A stretch of DNA of 64,000 bases, from assembly GCA_023231475.1 (NCBI GenBank), contig JALJEE010003214.1, forward strand, positions 1 to 64,000. The letters run 5' to 3'. Position numbers and translations under genes: made by a program. The notes beneath the pieces are model-generated. The model searched no databases and was not told the origin of the DNA. It worked only from the letters and a program-made list of their open reading frames with translations. Below, in pieces: positions 36,101 through 51,718 of the stretch. Source of the DNA: Seison nebaliae (Eukaryota). The number at the start of each line of letters is the position of its first letter. Within the stretch, counting starts at the first letter, position 1.

Positions 36101-39100
36101 CAATTTTGTTCCGTTTAGTTTCGATTAATTTCTTTTGATTCTCATTCTGATTCTCATTTCCCAGATGTCGATTATCATTCTTATCTGATGGTTGTTTATC
36201 CAATGGATTGTTCACTTTCTCCACCAGACATGTATTCAATTCTTCGACACAAACCACTTGCAATTCTTGAAATCGAATAGAAATCTTCTCCATCAATTCC
36301 GTTTCATCCATTTGACGCTGATGAAGTGGACGAGTGGAAGAGGTCATTCGTTTCAATTGTTCATTCAATATACAACAAACGAATGATCGATGAAGTTGTG
36401 ATGATTTGAAAATGTTCTCATATTTTCGCTTCAAACGTTTCAACATATCAATCTTCTTCTTTTCATCATCGACTTCTTTGTCATTGTCCAGTGAAGAATC
36501 TGATGAATTTCTCGTTTTCTGCATCATTGTATAAGTAAACTCTTCGAAATATTTCTCAGTGAAGAGAATTGGTTGAGCGTCATTGGGAAGACAAGTGATC
36601 AATCTCTCCAAATATTGTTGTTGTTGTTGGATGAATGTGACATCAATGTCATTCTTTGATGGTTGAGCGATGGCGAATGGAACGATATAATTTGATGGAT
36701 TGAACACGAATGAATATCGATAAATGACGATGAGTTTAGGAATATAATCCATTTTCGTCTCATCATTCATCAAAACTAATTCGGACGCCAAATGTAATGA
36801 CCGATCATTTCCCAACAGAAATAACGGTCCCGTCAATCGAATATGACGAATTGAAGGAATTCTCTGTTGTTGTTGTTGTTGTTGTTGTTGTTCGTTGGAG
36901 ATGAGGAACATTTGAAGAGTGATAAAGAAGTTTTTCGTGGCTAATAAACTCTTCTCGAATTCATTCTCATCTAATCGATGTGAATTCTTTGATGATTTCT
37001 TCGATGGCATCGTGCCATTATTATCGGCATTGGAATCTTTCTGTGACGATGATTGATTCGTTTTTGTGTTATTTCTTTTTCGATATCCGTCGTATTGTTC
37101 TTGATTAGAATTGTCGAGATCATTCTCCATTTGTTCTATCGTTTTTCCCAATTTGTCTGCTCGTCGTTGTTTAGCGTCGTCGACGACATTGATCATTTCC
37201 GTACAATATGTCACTTTTGCTGTGGAGCGTAAGACATTGGCATATAATTCAGGTGTGATACATGCTTGCACACCACAGACAAAGAAGAGAACGTAGAATT
37301 TGTGGAAACAAGTGGGAACGAGATAGAAGAATGGAGGAATGTCAATAAGAGATGGGAAAGTGTCGATGAATGGATTATTTTGTGATAATAATCTCTGCAA
37401 ATTCTTCAAGTCAATCGAATCGATCGTTGACGACGATGTCATTGAAAATCGGATCTTTCTCGTTTCGTCATCTAATAACGAAGAGAAATATGAATGAAGA
37501 CAACATCGATGTGGAACGATGAATTGTTGTTGATCGATACTCCAAATTTTGATGGAACTCTTCAACTCTCTCAGAATGTTGACGATTCCTCTCTCGTTCA
37601 ATTCGTGATGTTGATGTAACAATAATTGGCGTTGAAAGAAGGAATAGTTGTCAGAGAGGATTTGAATGAGAAAATCATTCAATTTCGATGTGATCTCAAT
37701 CGTTCGATCGACATTCATCTGATTTGCCACAAATGATGATTGAAATCGAATGGCGACCGATTCACATAAATATTTGAAATGTTGAAGAACTAATTTAATT
37801 GGTGGTTCATTAAACACTCGTTCATTAATAATTTTCGGAAGATAATTCATATTATCATCATCTTCATCATTGTTATTGTTATTTGTTGTTGCATTATTAT
37901 TATTATTATTATTATTGTTGTTGTTGTTGTTGTTGTTGTTGTTAGAAGTGTGAAGATAATCGTTGAAAATTCCTGTAGATTTTTCATTCTTCTTCTGTTC
38001 GTAACTATTCTTCCGTTGTTGTTGTTTGATGTGTTTGGCGAGTTGATGGAGCCATGGTGGTAACACGTACGATTGAGACCAACAGAGTGAAGAGGATTGA
38101 TGAGAATATCCTTCTGATATAGAAATGAGATGATGTTTTTTGTGATTCTCTTCATTCAACTTATTCGTCTCGTTATTACCATAAATGAATTGTTGTTGAT
38201 GTTGATTATTATGACGATTGTTCGATTGATGATGATTCTTGTATTGATAGTCATTGGTGGTGTACGGAGTGGCAATTGACGATAACATAATGTCACATTG
38301 TTGAGGTTCGATGAAATTGAGATTCTTCCAAATATTCTCGGAATTAACATCGAAATTTTGGGGGGACCAATTGAGGAGGAGATGTTTCGTCAACAAATAT
38401 GATTGAAATCGATTCTCCTTATTCCATCCACATTCATACACACTCGATTGGATATCAGGAACGATCTCATTCGTCACCATCTCCTCATTGAGAATGGAAC
38501 GTAATCCACTCAATTCCAACATCTTCCAACACTCTAACGATTTGCCGAAGGATTGACTGGGAAAATGATGAGGTCGCAACAAATGAGATATGGTCGTCGA
38601 TTTACTGTTGTACAATTCCGTTACTTGTGTATTACAACCGATCGTGTTTTTAATGACGAGATTCGTTCGAAGATTCTCTATAAATTCTTTTTTCTCCTCC
38701 TCTTTCAAACTCTTTCGCTGTCGCGTATGAGTTGATTGATATTGATAATGTAACGACGTCTGTTGTTGTTGTTGTTGTTGTTGAGTGAATGGATTTGAAT
38801 AATCATTTGATTCGAAATAAATAGAATGCATTTGATGTAATGCATGTGATTGAGCGTTGTCAGTCAAATCATCGAAATAAGGAATGAGTAAGAGAGTGAT
38901 TGCGGAGAGATCGTTGAGAAATTCGAATTGGAGACGATGATAAATAGAATTCAATTCCTCCTCCTCCATCAATACCATATATAGTTTGTAATAAGGAGAA
39001 GAAGGGAAAACAGATTGGAGAATGTTGGCAATCGGTTTCGATACCACTAACACCTTCACATCGTCATATGATGGAGAGGTGGAGGGAGAGAAGGAGGAAT

Positions 39101-39693
39101 GAACGATCGGTGGTAATCGATTTCGGATGACGGAGAATAATGGCGATTTGAACGAATTCATCATCAACGATAACGGTCGAATACTCCAGAGCGGTTTGAA
39201 GAGACAAAGACATCGGAGAATGAGTGGAGTAAATTGGGATCGTATAAAATATTGTCGATTATTGTCGTCGATCTGCTGGAGAGAGTATTGGAAATATCGG
39301 AGAATTATTCGAATATCTTCATCCGTCAACAACGACGCTAATGACGATATGGGAATTGTCGTTTTATCCAAATTATTATTATTAATATTGTTATTATTGT
39401 TGTTGTAATTATTGAAAAGTGATGATGATGATGATGGTGGTGGGGGTGGATTGATGGTGGATGATGATGATGTTGATGATGTGATAATCGAATGACGTCG
39501 ATTAGTGACGGTGTTGTTAAAAAGACGAGATTGGACACATTCGATGGAAGTGGAAGATTGGAGGAAATGAAGGAAATGGAAAATACTCTCCACATCCTTC
39601 TCACACGTATTATTCAACATTCGTTGAACTTTTCCATTAATATCGTTATCGGAATCGTCATCCGTCGAATGATCGGATGAAACGGATTGTAAA

Positions 39694-39737
<44 letters not shown>

Positions 39738-42613
39738 TAATGGCGATTTGGAATATGATGATTGCTTCGAATACGGATGATGATAATTCGTAAATGTTTG
39801 ACATCGATTAATTCGTTTCGATGAATATGGTCGACGATTATTGTTATTTGTGTTGTTGTTGTTATTTTTGGTGAAGAGATTGGAACGATAATCTGATGAA
39901 TTTCGATTTATATTCGATTGTTGTTGTTGTTGAATCAGTCCTTCGAAATATTGATAGTCGAGAAGACGGAGTAATAATGATTCGAGTTGTTTGTGATGGA
40001 AGAAGGCGTTGGGTTGAAAACAACGATATGGAACGATTTGTTGTTCATTCATTTGCAATTTGGAATTAGAGAGATTTTCGTCCATTCTCATTAAATTACT
40101 GGAATCGATGCCATTGTTCAATTTCGTCATCGGAATTGATGGCAAGGTGGATGAAACTAAATTATTATTATTATTATTATTCGTCGTTGTCGTCGATAAG
40201 ATGATGGTAGCTCCGGAAGTTGTAATAGAATTGTTATAATTCGATCCATCCACATTACCATTACCATAAATGGTATTTCGTCGATTATTCATCTCATCCT
40301 CTTCATTCTCCTCATTATTCTTACTATTGTTATTGTTGTTGTTGTTGGTGTTGGGAGTGATGGCGGTGGAGATGCCAGCTAATAAACATAAACGACGATC
40401 AACTGCTGGATGAACATAATTAATTAATTCATCTTTAATTTTATCGAAATTGGCAATTAATGGATTTGGTTCATTGTTATTCGTGACGGTTGGTGATGAC
40501 ATGCCCGTACTCAACATAAATAATAATTCGATATTATGCTTTGAATCATGTGGATAGAGTTGTAACGTGTTGCCTGGTTGAAGGACACCGATAGCATTTG
40601 GTAATAATAAATCTGGTAATAATATCGATACTTTCTCATAATTCAATTTGTCATTCGACAAATTATGGAATTGATCGATCAATTGCGTCTTATGTTTCTT
40701 CAACGTACTCTGCAATAAGGCCGCATAGATGTTGAGGAGGAGTTTGAGATCTTCCGATCCCAACGGCTGATCACCATGTCGCTGCTTCAATGCGTTGACG
40801 ATGGCGATCAAATCATTTTGACTTAACGACACCTTAATTCTGAGAATCTCTCTCAATAACGGCAAGAATGAATTACGCAACTGATGTGAAACTTGATAGA
40901 AGAGTGGAGGCAGATTAAACGGATTGTCGAGACAGAGTTGTGACGCATAAACGAAACCATCTTCCTCGTTCAATAACAGACCACGAGTCGATCTAAAATA
41001 TTGTCTAATCTGATTAATATCTTCATTCAATCTTTGTTGTTGTTGTTTAGTGAAGTAGACGTGTTGATTTGAAGACGATTGATGTTGTTGTTGTTGTTGT
41101 TGTTGTTGTTTCCTATATAACAGGAGTGGATAACCATAAAAATTTTGAATGAATTCATAAATAAAATATAAATTCGATCTCTGCTCCAAAATCAGAGTAT
41201 TGTTGTTGTTAGTCGTGTTGTTGTTATTGTTGAGAGGTGTTGTTGGTGTGGTTGGATGAGAATTCAATTGAAAACCGATAGATGATCGTTTACTACCGTC
41301 GTTTGATGAGAGAATATTTGATGATTGACATTTATTTATAATCGAATCGATTTGTTGAAAAATTAGCGATCGATCGATCTCCAAATATTTCTCGTGTAAT
41401 CGAAAGAAGTATTGGAGAAGAACGTTCGATGTTGTCGCATCAATCAACGGTTTCTTCTCATTCAAACGATCCAATTCAATCGTATTTTCACGACAATAAT
41501 TCAATGACTCACCTAAACAATTCTTCTCCGTTGTTGTTGTTGTTGTCATCGTCGTAGAAGTTCGTCGATTAATACCATGAGATGAATTGGATATTCCTCC
41601 AATTCCTCCTCCAGTCGTTGTTGTTGTTGTTGTTGGTGGTGGTGTTTCTGATAAGAAATGATTGAAAATCATAAATTTCGTATTCATTAATCCATTCAAC
41701 CACGATGCAGCTAATTCATTCGCTGATATCTTTCTCACAGTTCCATTCGTGATCTCTTGTTGTTGTGGTTGTTGTTGTTGTTGTTGTTGTTGCATGATGA
41801 TGAATGGAATTTGAATGATATGTCGTCTCAATAATTCGTCGTCAGATGAAAAGTTGAACATTGACTTCTCATGTAAATTAATGTTGGAGTAAGTGGGCGA
41901 GAGATATGTAGTGGATTTGAGATGATTCATTAACAGGAAATTTAATAAATGTTGTCGACACGGTAATTGAGTGAAGGAATTCTTTGTCGTTTTCATACCG
42001 TTATTCATTCCAGATGTCGTCTTCGTCATTTGAGTAGATTCGTTGAATAGAATGAATAAAGTTCGATAGAAATTCGAAGAGAGAAATTGTTGTTGTTGTT
42101 GAACGACGTAGTTGTTAAATTGGAGTGAATAATTGCGTAGAAGATAATCGTTGAGAACTTGAAGAATGGAAGATGATCGTTCTTCCACTTCTTTCATGTT
42201 CGTCAATTGTGCACAATATTCCGCTCTTTCCACGATCACTTTTAATGATAATTTATCTGTCGAATTTTCCGCTCCCAACAATATCATGGCGTCCAATTTA
42301 TTGGGATGATTATACTCCTCACCATACGGGAAACGACCTTCCTCATTCGAATATAATTTCCCCATCGCTGAATCAGGAATGATGACTTGAGATGGTCGGA
42401 TGAATTTATTCCCGTTCGCCATTACCGGTATACAATCATAATCATTCAATATCTCCAAATGTGACAATTGTTTCCGATCTAACACGAACAGAATGAGATC
42501 GTCTCGCAATCGATTTGGTAATGATGTCAATGATGGTAATAAGAATCTCTTATAAATTATATTCACATCCAATAACGGCGACATCAAATAATATCGATCA
42601 TTCTTTACATAAC

Positions 42614-42648
<35 letters not shown>

Positions 42649-45600
42649 TCAATCTTATTAAATGTTGCTAATGATAATTTATATCGAAGATATTCTTTCT
42701 CATTATCAATCTCATCGATATATGGTCTCTGTTCGATGAGTTCGATTAATTCGTTGACATTCTCATTCTCTTTCAACGATGACGACAACGATGATGATGA
42801 TGATGATGATAATGATGATAATGGTTGACAGATTGAACGACAAAGCGTCTCCGGTTTCCTAGACAGCAGATAAGTAATTCCATCGATGATTTTCGTCGAA
42901 ATACTTTTGAATTGATCCGGCAAATAAATCAGCCACGTATCATTCGGAATGATGATATCTTGAACAATTTCATTTAATCGATTTCCATCCGACATCACTT
43001 TCTGTTGGAGAGTTGAATTCATCTTCTCTGTCGCATGTGTCGATCTCATTCGTTTCGGTGACGATTGAACGGACGTTGAAACGCTGGTGGGAAGCGATGG
43101 TGATATTTGTGATGGTTGTTGATGTAGTTGTTGAGTGTTATGAAAACGGTCGATGAATGATGGTGTAGAGATGGGTGGCAATTTATCCACATTCTTCGAA
43201 GGCGATGGAATGGCACGACTCATATGACCTCTCCCCTCATCCAACTGTGATTTTTGTGACGTCGTCGTCTTCGACCGATTCGATGACGTGTTACTATGAC
43301 TTCTTGGAGAGGATTTCGGTCGTTTCTTTCGTCCACTTCCCGAATGATTTGTCGACGATGTGGTCGTCATCGTCATGGTCGTTACTGGTAAAGTAGTGGT
43401 TGTTGTTGTTGTTATCATTTTTGATGGTGAACGATCATTCGTCTTCTTCAACAATTGATTATAGGCATTCTCTTTCAAATCGGTTTGTGATGATGAAATG
43501 GTCGTTGTTATTATAGAATCGGTACCATTGACATTAGAGACATTTTGTTGATCGTTATCGTTAACGGAATTGGATTTGGAAATCGATTGTTTTCGTCGAT
43601 CAGATTTCGGTTGGAGAATATTATTAGGTCGCGATGACGAACGGAAACGTTGTTTGAATGTTCGACGGATATCGGTGATCTGTTGAATGAGATAATTGAT
43701 ACGTTCAACCGATTGTTTATCTTGATGAAACATCGATACAGATGGTGACGATGATGATGATGTCGACGACTTCTTTTGGAGATAAACGTCCTTGATCCAA
43801 TCGATAGTTTCCTGATCTAATTCAATTAATTGTTTCTGACAATTTTCAATTATCGAATTAATTTCAATCGATGACGCCGACGGTTGTTGTTGTTGTTGTT
43901 GTTGTTGATATTGATTGTTAACGAGTCGTTGATATTGAATTTGAAGTGATTTTATTTGATGTAATTTTTCTTCTAATTTCTTCCCGAGTAATTGAGTGGA
44001 GGGTAAATTCTGGAGACCACAACGTTGGAAGAAATCGAATAAATTATTATACTCTCTTGGGAGAACATGAACGAACAATTGGAGATGACGATAATGATCA
44101 GACGATGATAATTTTAAATTATCTTTCGACAAATTAAATTTATTCTTCTCATTATTCATCAAATGAATTTGTTCATCGTTCAAACCGCTGAATATCTCGT
44201 CGATGGAACAGAAACCGGAACCATACCATATCCAATCTTGAAGACCGATTGCGCGCAATTCCTGCATGATTCTCTCACCGTTCGATAACGACAAATATTG
44301 ATAGATGCGTTGAGCGAGATGTGCATATTTGTCGATCTCCGACATGTTGTGCATTGATGTCGACTTGAACGCTTTCACCAAACTCTTCAAATGATTAATA
44401 ACAATACGAACAGACGGTTGATGAATATGGAGAGCATGAAGTAAAGTTGTTGGTAGATCGACGAGAGGAATTTTCGATACACTTCCAACTAATAATTCAT
44501 ATTTTCGTTCGAATATCTGATTAGCTGACACGAATTCATGTGGTTGCGTCCAGGGAGCGGTTGTGGGATAACATGACGGTGGTCCATCAACAGTTGGAAT
44601 CCATTCACGATTCAACAAATAATCACGGAATAATAGACCTGTCACTTTGTCGGAGAGTAATGATGGACGTCGATATAAATTCTCAATAGTTAATTGATAA
44701 GCAATTAATCGAAGTCGACGAACGTCACGTTGTCGTCGTTGTTGATTTGATGATGACGATGATGATGACGACGGATGAGTAGAGGCGGTCGATGAAGAAA
44801 CGATGAATGGAATGGAACTAATTAATTCAGTTAATTCCTTCGCCGTCATCTGAAGATAATTGCGAAGACCAAGTGAATGGAGAATTTGCAGATTTCCAAC
44901 ATCTGTCAACATATCGAATGGTAACTGTTTGTTGTGATCGAGTAATTGAGAATATCGTTCGATTTTCTTCTTTTCATTATTCTCTTTGAATGGCGAGGCG
45001 GCTGACAAAAGTTGTGTGTCATTCTCGTCAACCTGCAACGATGGTGACGTATCGATGATGGAGGCAAGTGATGAATAAAATCCGTTCGTTTTCGTACGGA
45101 AAATTTGAGCGTTCTTCAACTCCTGTCCAATTCGACGACGATCAATCAAATTCCACGGACAATTCTCCAACAACCAATCACCAGGACTCGATTGAACGAT
45201 GGCACCAGTCGGCACATTCTGCACATAACCAGACAAATATTTGAGTGATGGAATGACGACATCTTCGAAGAATTTCTTCGAATCGATCACATGTCCTTTC
45301 CCAATCTTATTCAATAGTTCCTTCGTCTCAACGTCGAAGATGAAAGCGCAAGTTTTCTGGAGATGGAACGGAATTAATTTCAAATTTCTCACATCTTCGA
45401 TTTTAGCGGTGGGTGGATGATTCGCATAAAATTGATGATAATCCACAAAATAATCGATCTCGTTCAATGTGATGAAGCGGTTGGGAGAAGTGGACGAAAC
45501 GGCTATAAAAATTGGAAATGATGAAATCATTTTAATGAATCGTTCGTCGTCATGGTAACTGGTCGTTTGACCGGCTGATGATGACGAAGATGATGTTGTT

Positions 45601-47480
45601 GTTTGTGCTGACGATGAATGATGAGCTGAATATCGTCGAATATTACCTAATCTATCATTATTATTATTATTATTATTGTTGTTGTTATTGTTAAGTGATG
45701 ATTGTTGTATGGAAGTGAGATGATAATAATTGACATTAATATATTGAATGAGTGATAGAATGTGTTTCAATTCGAGATGACGATTAAAATCGTTTTGAAT
45801 ACGACGAGCATCAATGAATGAATTGGAGAGATGAGAAGTGTGTGAGTTGTTATTGTACATAAATGAGATTGGTGAGACGCTGGGATAGTAAGGCGAAGTA
45901 GATGATCCCGTTGTCTGATGTGAATTGGCTGAGATGTTCGACGACGTAGTGGCACCATTCGAAAATATTGATGATAATCGATCGTTGTTCATTCCATTCC
46001 CATATTTGGAACAGATTGCTGAAAAAATGTTCATTTTGACATTTGGCGAATGTTGTCGTTTTCCCTTCACTCCATTAACGCCCATTTTGTCGATTGATGA
46101 TTGGAGTGAAGAAGTAGTTGATTGACAATTCAATTGTTTCATCGTATCATTCAATAAATGGACGTTAGATTCATCCACATTCTCATCATCTTCCACGATC
46201 TGTATCGTCTCATTCACATCATTCACTAACGTTGACGTAATCGTCGGGATGGTATTGGACGAGATTGAGGTGGAAGAAACGATCGTCGATGCAACTTGTG
46301 ATGATGGATAATAAATTTTATTATTATTATTATTATTATTTGGTTGATGATGATGATGGTTTTGATTGAATGAATTATTCGATGATCTCAACGATTTTTG
46401 TCCACCATTCAACATATCATTCGATTGATGAACAACGAAATGCTGAGTCGGCAATTGATAATAATGTGTAGTGGTAGTTGGAATATATTGTGGCATTCCA
46501 CCCCCACCACCATATGGTGTTTGATTTAACTTATAATATTGAGGAATTGCTTTATTAGATTTATGATAATCATAATTATTATTATTCATGACAGATGATG
46601 ATGATGATGATGTTGTTGTTGTTGTTGTTGTTGGATTATACTGATAATATGATGATTGATGGAAATTGTTATTATTATTCGTATTATTTTTCATTGGTTG
46701 ATTATTATTTAATCCAAACATTTCGAAAGGAACATGAATATGAGTAAGTGTCGATTTCTTCTTTTCTTCAAACAATTCAAAATGACAAATGAAATCAATC
46801 GAATGAATCGATGACGATGGCAATAAAGTTGTTATTCTCGATAATTTATTATTGAAATAATTTCTGTTGTTATTGTTAGTGTTATTAGTATTATTAGTGT
46901 TGTTGTTGTTGTTGTTCAATCCATTTAAATGGTTTAACAATAAGCGAAGTAAAGAGAGCCAGGTGTATGTCCAAGGATAGAAGTGAAAGATAAATGTTGA
47001 AGTTGAAGGAGAATCAATTAAATTCTTATTATTTCTCTTCTCCTTCGACAATAGCGAGAGAATGTTCGAAGGTGAATCGATTCTTTTATCGGCAGTCGAC
47101 AGCGAATTCAATTCGTCAAATGACTTATCTAATTCACGTTCTTTTTTTCCTTCCGATTTCCTTCCAATTTGATTCTTTCTCAAATCGAACAATAAATAAT
47201 AATGTTGTTGTTGTTCGTGCAATTCGCGATTATCCGATGTCTGATGTGAGTGAAGATGGTTCTCGATTAATTTCTCTTCTCCCGTTCCATCATCTTCATC
47301 GGACGGAGTCGAACCTTCTTTCGATTTTGTGACACGATTTTCCTCAACCTTATTTGTGCTCGTTCGATTCTTCTTTAATATGTCGTTGTCAGGTGACGGA
47401 TGAAGAATGAAACGGAATAATGTTGAATGAATTGGTGAAAGGAAATAAATGAGATTTCGCCAAAAATTCTCATTTATCAC
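33136..47480 (-). CDS. Giant sacsin-like protein (sacsin repeat-like segments, DnaJ, HEPN); introns 33688-33733 and 33207-33270; true start upstream or uncertain
   Basis: 13.8-kb ORF with sacsin-type segments (EWIP...PPSCYP...LLVGSV...VINHL; WIWYGSGF), J-domain RRLRLRWHPDK and a spliced HEPN ANDWVCFKAVHAVELILKA (cf. sacsin ANEWVCFK). Stop TGA at 33136-33138; likely acceptor at 47501 implies an upstream exon. Confidence 0.85.
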
Positions 47481-50400
47481 TCGAAGATTCGTTGACGTCT
47501 CTGTTGAGTAGAAAAAGAAAAAGAAAAAATTTTTATTTCATTTATTCTCAAATTTTCTTCACTTAATCATCATCAATATTTATATATGTCTATTTTAAAG
47601 TTTACCATCAATTCCATCAATCGAAGAATGACTCATTCGATTACCTTCCTGCCCCCTCCCTCAAACACATGTCACAACGAATGGATGAATGAAGATGATT
47701 CAGAATGACTCATTTCTCATCAACAACGAACAATTCATGAAAATTTAAAAATTTAAAATTTCCCTTCAAATTCTTCTTTTTTGAAGACAAAAAAAACCAT
47801 AAAAAACTTTGTATGAAGGAAATTGTCTTTCTAATCCTGACTAGCGAAAATGGGAAATCCATTTGTGCTATAAAGAATTAAATGGGAAATTCTTTTTCTT
47901 TCATTGAGCCGACAATTTCTAATTCGCGGACAACGAGAGATGCAACGGCGACGAATCTTATCGCAAATGGTGAGAGAATATATGGAAGTTGTATGATGGA
48001 AGAAAGTTGATGGATTTTGATGGAAATCGAACGTCATCATTATCCTCGCCTCATTTCCATTCATACTCGTTGCAAGTTGCGAGTGGTATAGCAGTGAAGT
48101 GTTGTCGAGAGATAAGAGAAAGAATTAGTTTCTCTTATGAAAATAAACTTTTGTTTCTTCTTCTTCAGTTTTAAAACTTCAACTTTTTCTTCTGCTAAAC
48201 TAGAACGTAAAATTCTCTCGCTCATTCGACGAAGATCGAGTGGAGAGGAGCAAATAAGAAGAATTCCTGAGTGAAATTCTTAGAGAACATCTGATATTTA
48301 CAAGATACATACAGCTGTCGTGGTGGAGTGAGTAAGTTCATGTAAACCATCATCTAGATGGCAACGACATATTATCATGATGATGATGTTGCAAATTGAG
48401 TTAAATAGAAAAGTAGATTTATGCTGGTTCGCATTTTCAGGGAGAGACGGAGAGATGTAGAGAGAGCGGTAAAGAGAATTCAACTAATCAAATAAGACGG
48501 AAGAATAATGGATAAATATGACAATATCTTTTATTAATATTGTGGTCTATGGTTACTCTCTGTGCGATAAGGAGAAAAGGGCGAAACTAAATTTACATAA
48601 GAACAATTACCACAAAACTAGTGAGAAAAAGAAATGTTGTATTGTGTATAAATGTGTGTAAATGTGTATATGTGTGTGATGTGATTCGTGTTAGAAGAAA
48701 TGAATAACAATAACAACAATAATAATAATAATATGCCAATGAATGAACTTCGGAATAAATGTGTATATAGATAGATAGATATTCCTGTGTAGACGTGGAG
48801 ATGTAGAGGAAGAATATGAGAAATGTGGAAGGAGAAGAGGCAAATGATGAGCATAGAATGATCTACTTTGTTTAGCAGAGACGAGGGGGAGAACATAGTG
48901 CATGTCATTATCTGGTGGGGGTATAGACGGAAGATGATAGAGAGAAATCCCTTCTCCGACCGAGAGATGATGAGTGAAAGTAGGAAGAAGAATGGATGTA
49001 AACAGAAAATATTGATTGATTGCACAATGAATATTTATTGTGATCAAAAGATGAAAAGTAAATCTGATTGTTAAAATGTTGATAAAACATAAACTTCATC
49101 CACCATCACCCATCCCATCCCATCCGTTCATTCATTCATTCATTCATTCATTCATAATGAACTTTAATCATCTTCTTTTTCCTCCTATCGACCATTTTCA
49201 TAAAATACCTCGTTGAATTTCATCATTCACACCTCGTCGTATTGAGGAACTGCAACGATATTTGTTCACGTCGCGACCAGGTAGAGGTCGTTCTCATATT
49301 GACAAATGATAATTCCGTGGATCGATGTTGGACAACGGTTTCCTATCGTCGAAATGCGATTGATGTAAGAGTTACTTATTCTTATGGACATATCCACCTA
49401 GTTTAAGGTGTACATAATAGGCTAACTAATATCAAATAAGGGAGAGTGGGTTGAATTGATTGGATTCTTATGTAAATGAAGAAGAGTTATCATCATCTGC
49501 CGTCGAATAGGAAAGGAGAATAGAAAGTTTTTCGTAGGAAAAAAGTTGCCGATTGCCTCAAGAAGAAATGGATAAGTAATTCGTCTATGTCTTGGGGAGG
49601 AATGATGGAAGGAAATAATTATTAAAATAATTCTCTGGAATGGAAATCAAACGAAATAGAATTGCTTCCACATTCCTCCCATGCGGCCTTGTTAATAATG
49701 GTTTGTTTTACATTTCCTCCATTTTATCTAACTAACAAAATTCGAATGTGTTTCTGTATACATCACCCAACAGTTACTTCTTTTCTTCCTTTGCCAACAC
49801 AAAAAAAAATAAAAAAAATGATATTTGAAGGTTGGACGGGAAGTAATTGGAAAAAGTAGATCCCCTCATTCCATCCTTCGCAACTTCTGTGAATGATATC
49901 ATTCACTCGACACGGTTAGGTAGGACCATCAGCCACTTAATTCAATCATTCGGGGAAATGATTCTCACGTAGATTAAATTCGAAAATAATCATTCTTTTA
50001 AGCATTTGTCAACAGACATCTGACTCATCAAACAGATATGTCTGTTCCTCCTTCAATTCCATCATCAATGAATGATGACTCATCAATTCTTCATCAATTC
50101 TGATCAACATGTCAATTTGTCGAGTTCGTTCGAGTGATTATCGACATATCGATCTGTTTTCTTAAGGTAACATGATGAACAAACGAGATCAGGTGATAAT
50201 GCTTTTCTCCCACTTTTCATATATTCGAGAGATTGTTCTCGTCGATAAATGAAGAAGATAAATCATTGAAACGGCAAAACAAAAGATTATAATTGAGAGA
50301 AACGGTGAAAAGTGCAAAGGTTGAATTGCTTTCATTCATCTGAGAGTATTATCATTCACAATCTTATAAAAACTTTCTTATCGATCATTCGTCGTCGTCG

Positions 50401-51489
50401 TCGAGTGACGAAACGTCTGAAATTACATTTTTTGGAGATGATTAAATCAGATTTTTAAAATCGCTTTCATCAGACTCTCTCCATCCTCCGACCGGTAGGC
50501 TCTTTTTAAAAAATTCAATTTACTCTATAGATATGATGATGCTTGTTGTTGTTTGATGGTAGTGGTGGTGGTATGAAGAAGTCAATAATCAAATATTTAC
50601 CTGAATTAAATGAAATTATTTCTTCCTCATTTTTACATGTCGATTTCGATTGCTATATCTCTTTAATCGGTTGACGGATGATGAAAGGGGGAATTGTAAC
50701 AAATACATACTGGTGTGTAGGACGAGAAAAAGTTAGAATGTTCTCACATTTCCATGAGAAATTCGATTTGGAATTGAGAAAAGAACGAAATGAGAAGAAT
50801 TCCATTAGAATATCGACAATATCGAGTCAGCCACCACACGACGAATAGTCGTCGTCGTTGTATATAAGAAGAAGAAGCATAATGAATGAATGAATGAATG
50901 AAAGAATGGTAATTCGGGATAGAAATAAAACCGAAATATTAATATACATTGTTGGGTCGGTTTCACTTATCTGACACCAGCGGCTGAAAAGAGGAAGGAG
51001 GGGGGGAGAAGAGATCTCATCCCAATTCGAAAAGTATTGTTCTTCAAAACAAAACTCACTTATTCTCAATCGAATGCGCGTTTCAGACCAATTCAATTGT
51101 GGTTTTGCCTGATAAGAGTAAGGACGAGAAAAAATAGGTATACAAATAAATTTCCTTTCTTTCTTTCCTCCTTCTCCCCTACTCAACTCATAATGGAACG
51201 AGGCGAAGGTTAAGATAATATAATTCGTTTTATTTCTTTCTCCTCATGTTTCCTCGTGTGAACTAGCTTGTCTTCTTTATCATTCATTATCGTTTCGTTC
51301 GGGTGGAGAGGAGAAGGAAAAAAATAGGAAAGAAAATTTCTCTTATTCGTCCGTTTTCTTTCTCTCATTCACAAATTTTGTTACTTCATAATGTCATGTA
51401 ATCGACGCCATGTGTGTAAGAAGAATAATATCATTGTTCAATTAGGCAATTCCATTGGAACTAGTTACGTAAAGATGCACAAAACCGAA

Positions 51490-51520
<31 letters not shown>

Positions 51521-51718
51521 TAGCACGACTGCGAGTCTAGTAGCTAGTTCGAAAAAGTTGCGGTCCTCTTCCTTTCTGACATGTCCCATATGGAATAAAA
51601 GAAAAACACATATACAAAGAGAGGAAGGGATAGAGAGAGAGAGAGAGAGCAAAGAAAACACTTGTGATGGATGTGGAGAGGGAACGTCTGTGACTAAACT
51701 TTAAAAAATGAATTATTT

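Noticed and set aside
33750..47332. Numerous short ORFs antisense or out of frame within the sacsin-like gene (likewise in other long CDSs)
   Set aside because: Shadow frames generated by triplet repeats and codon bias.
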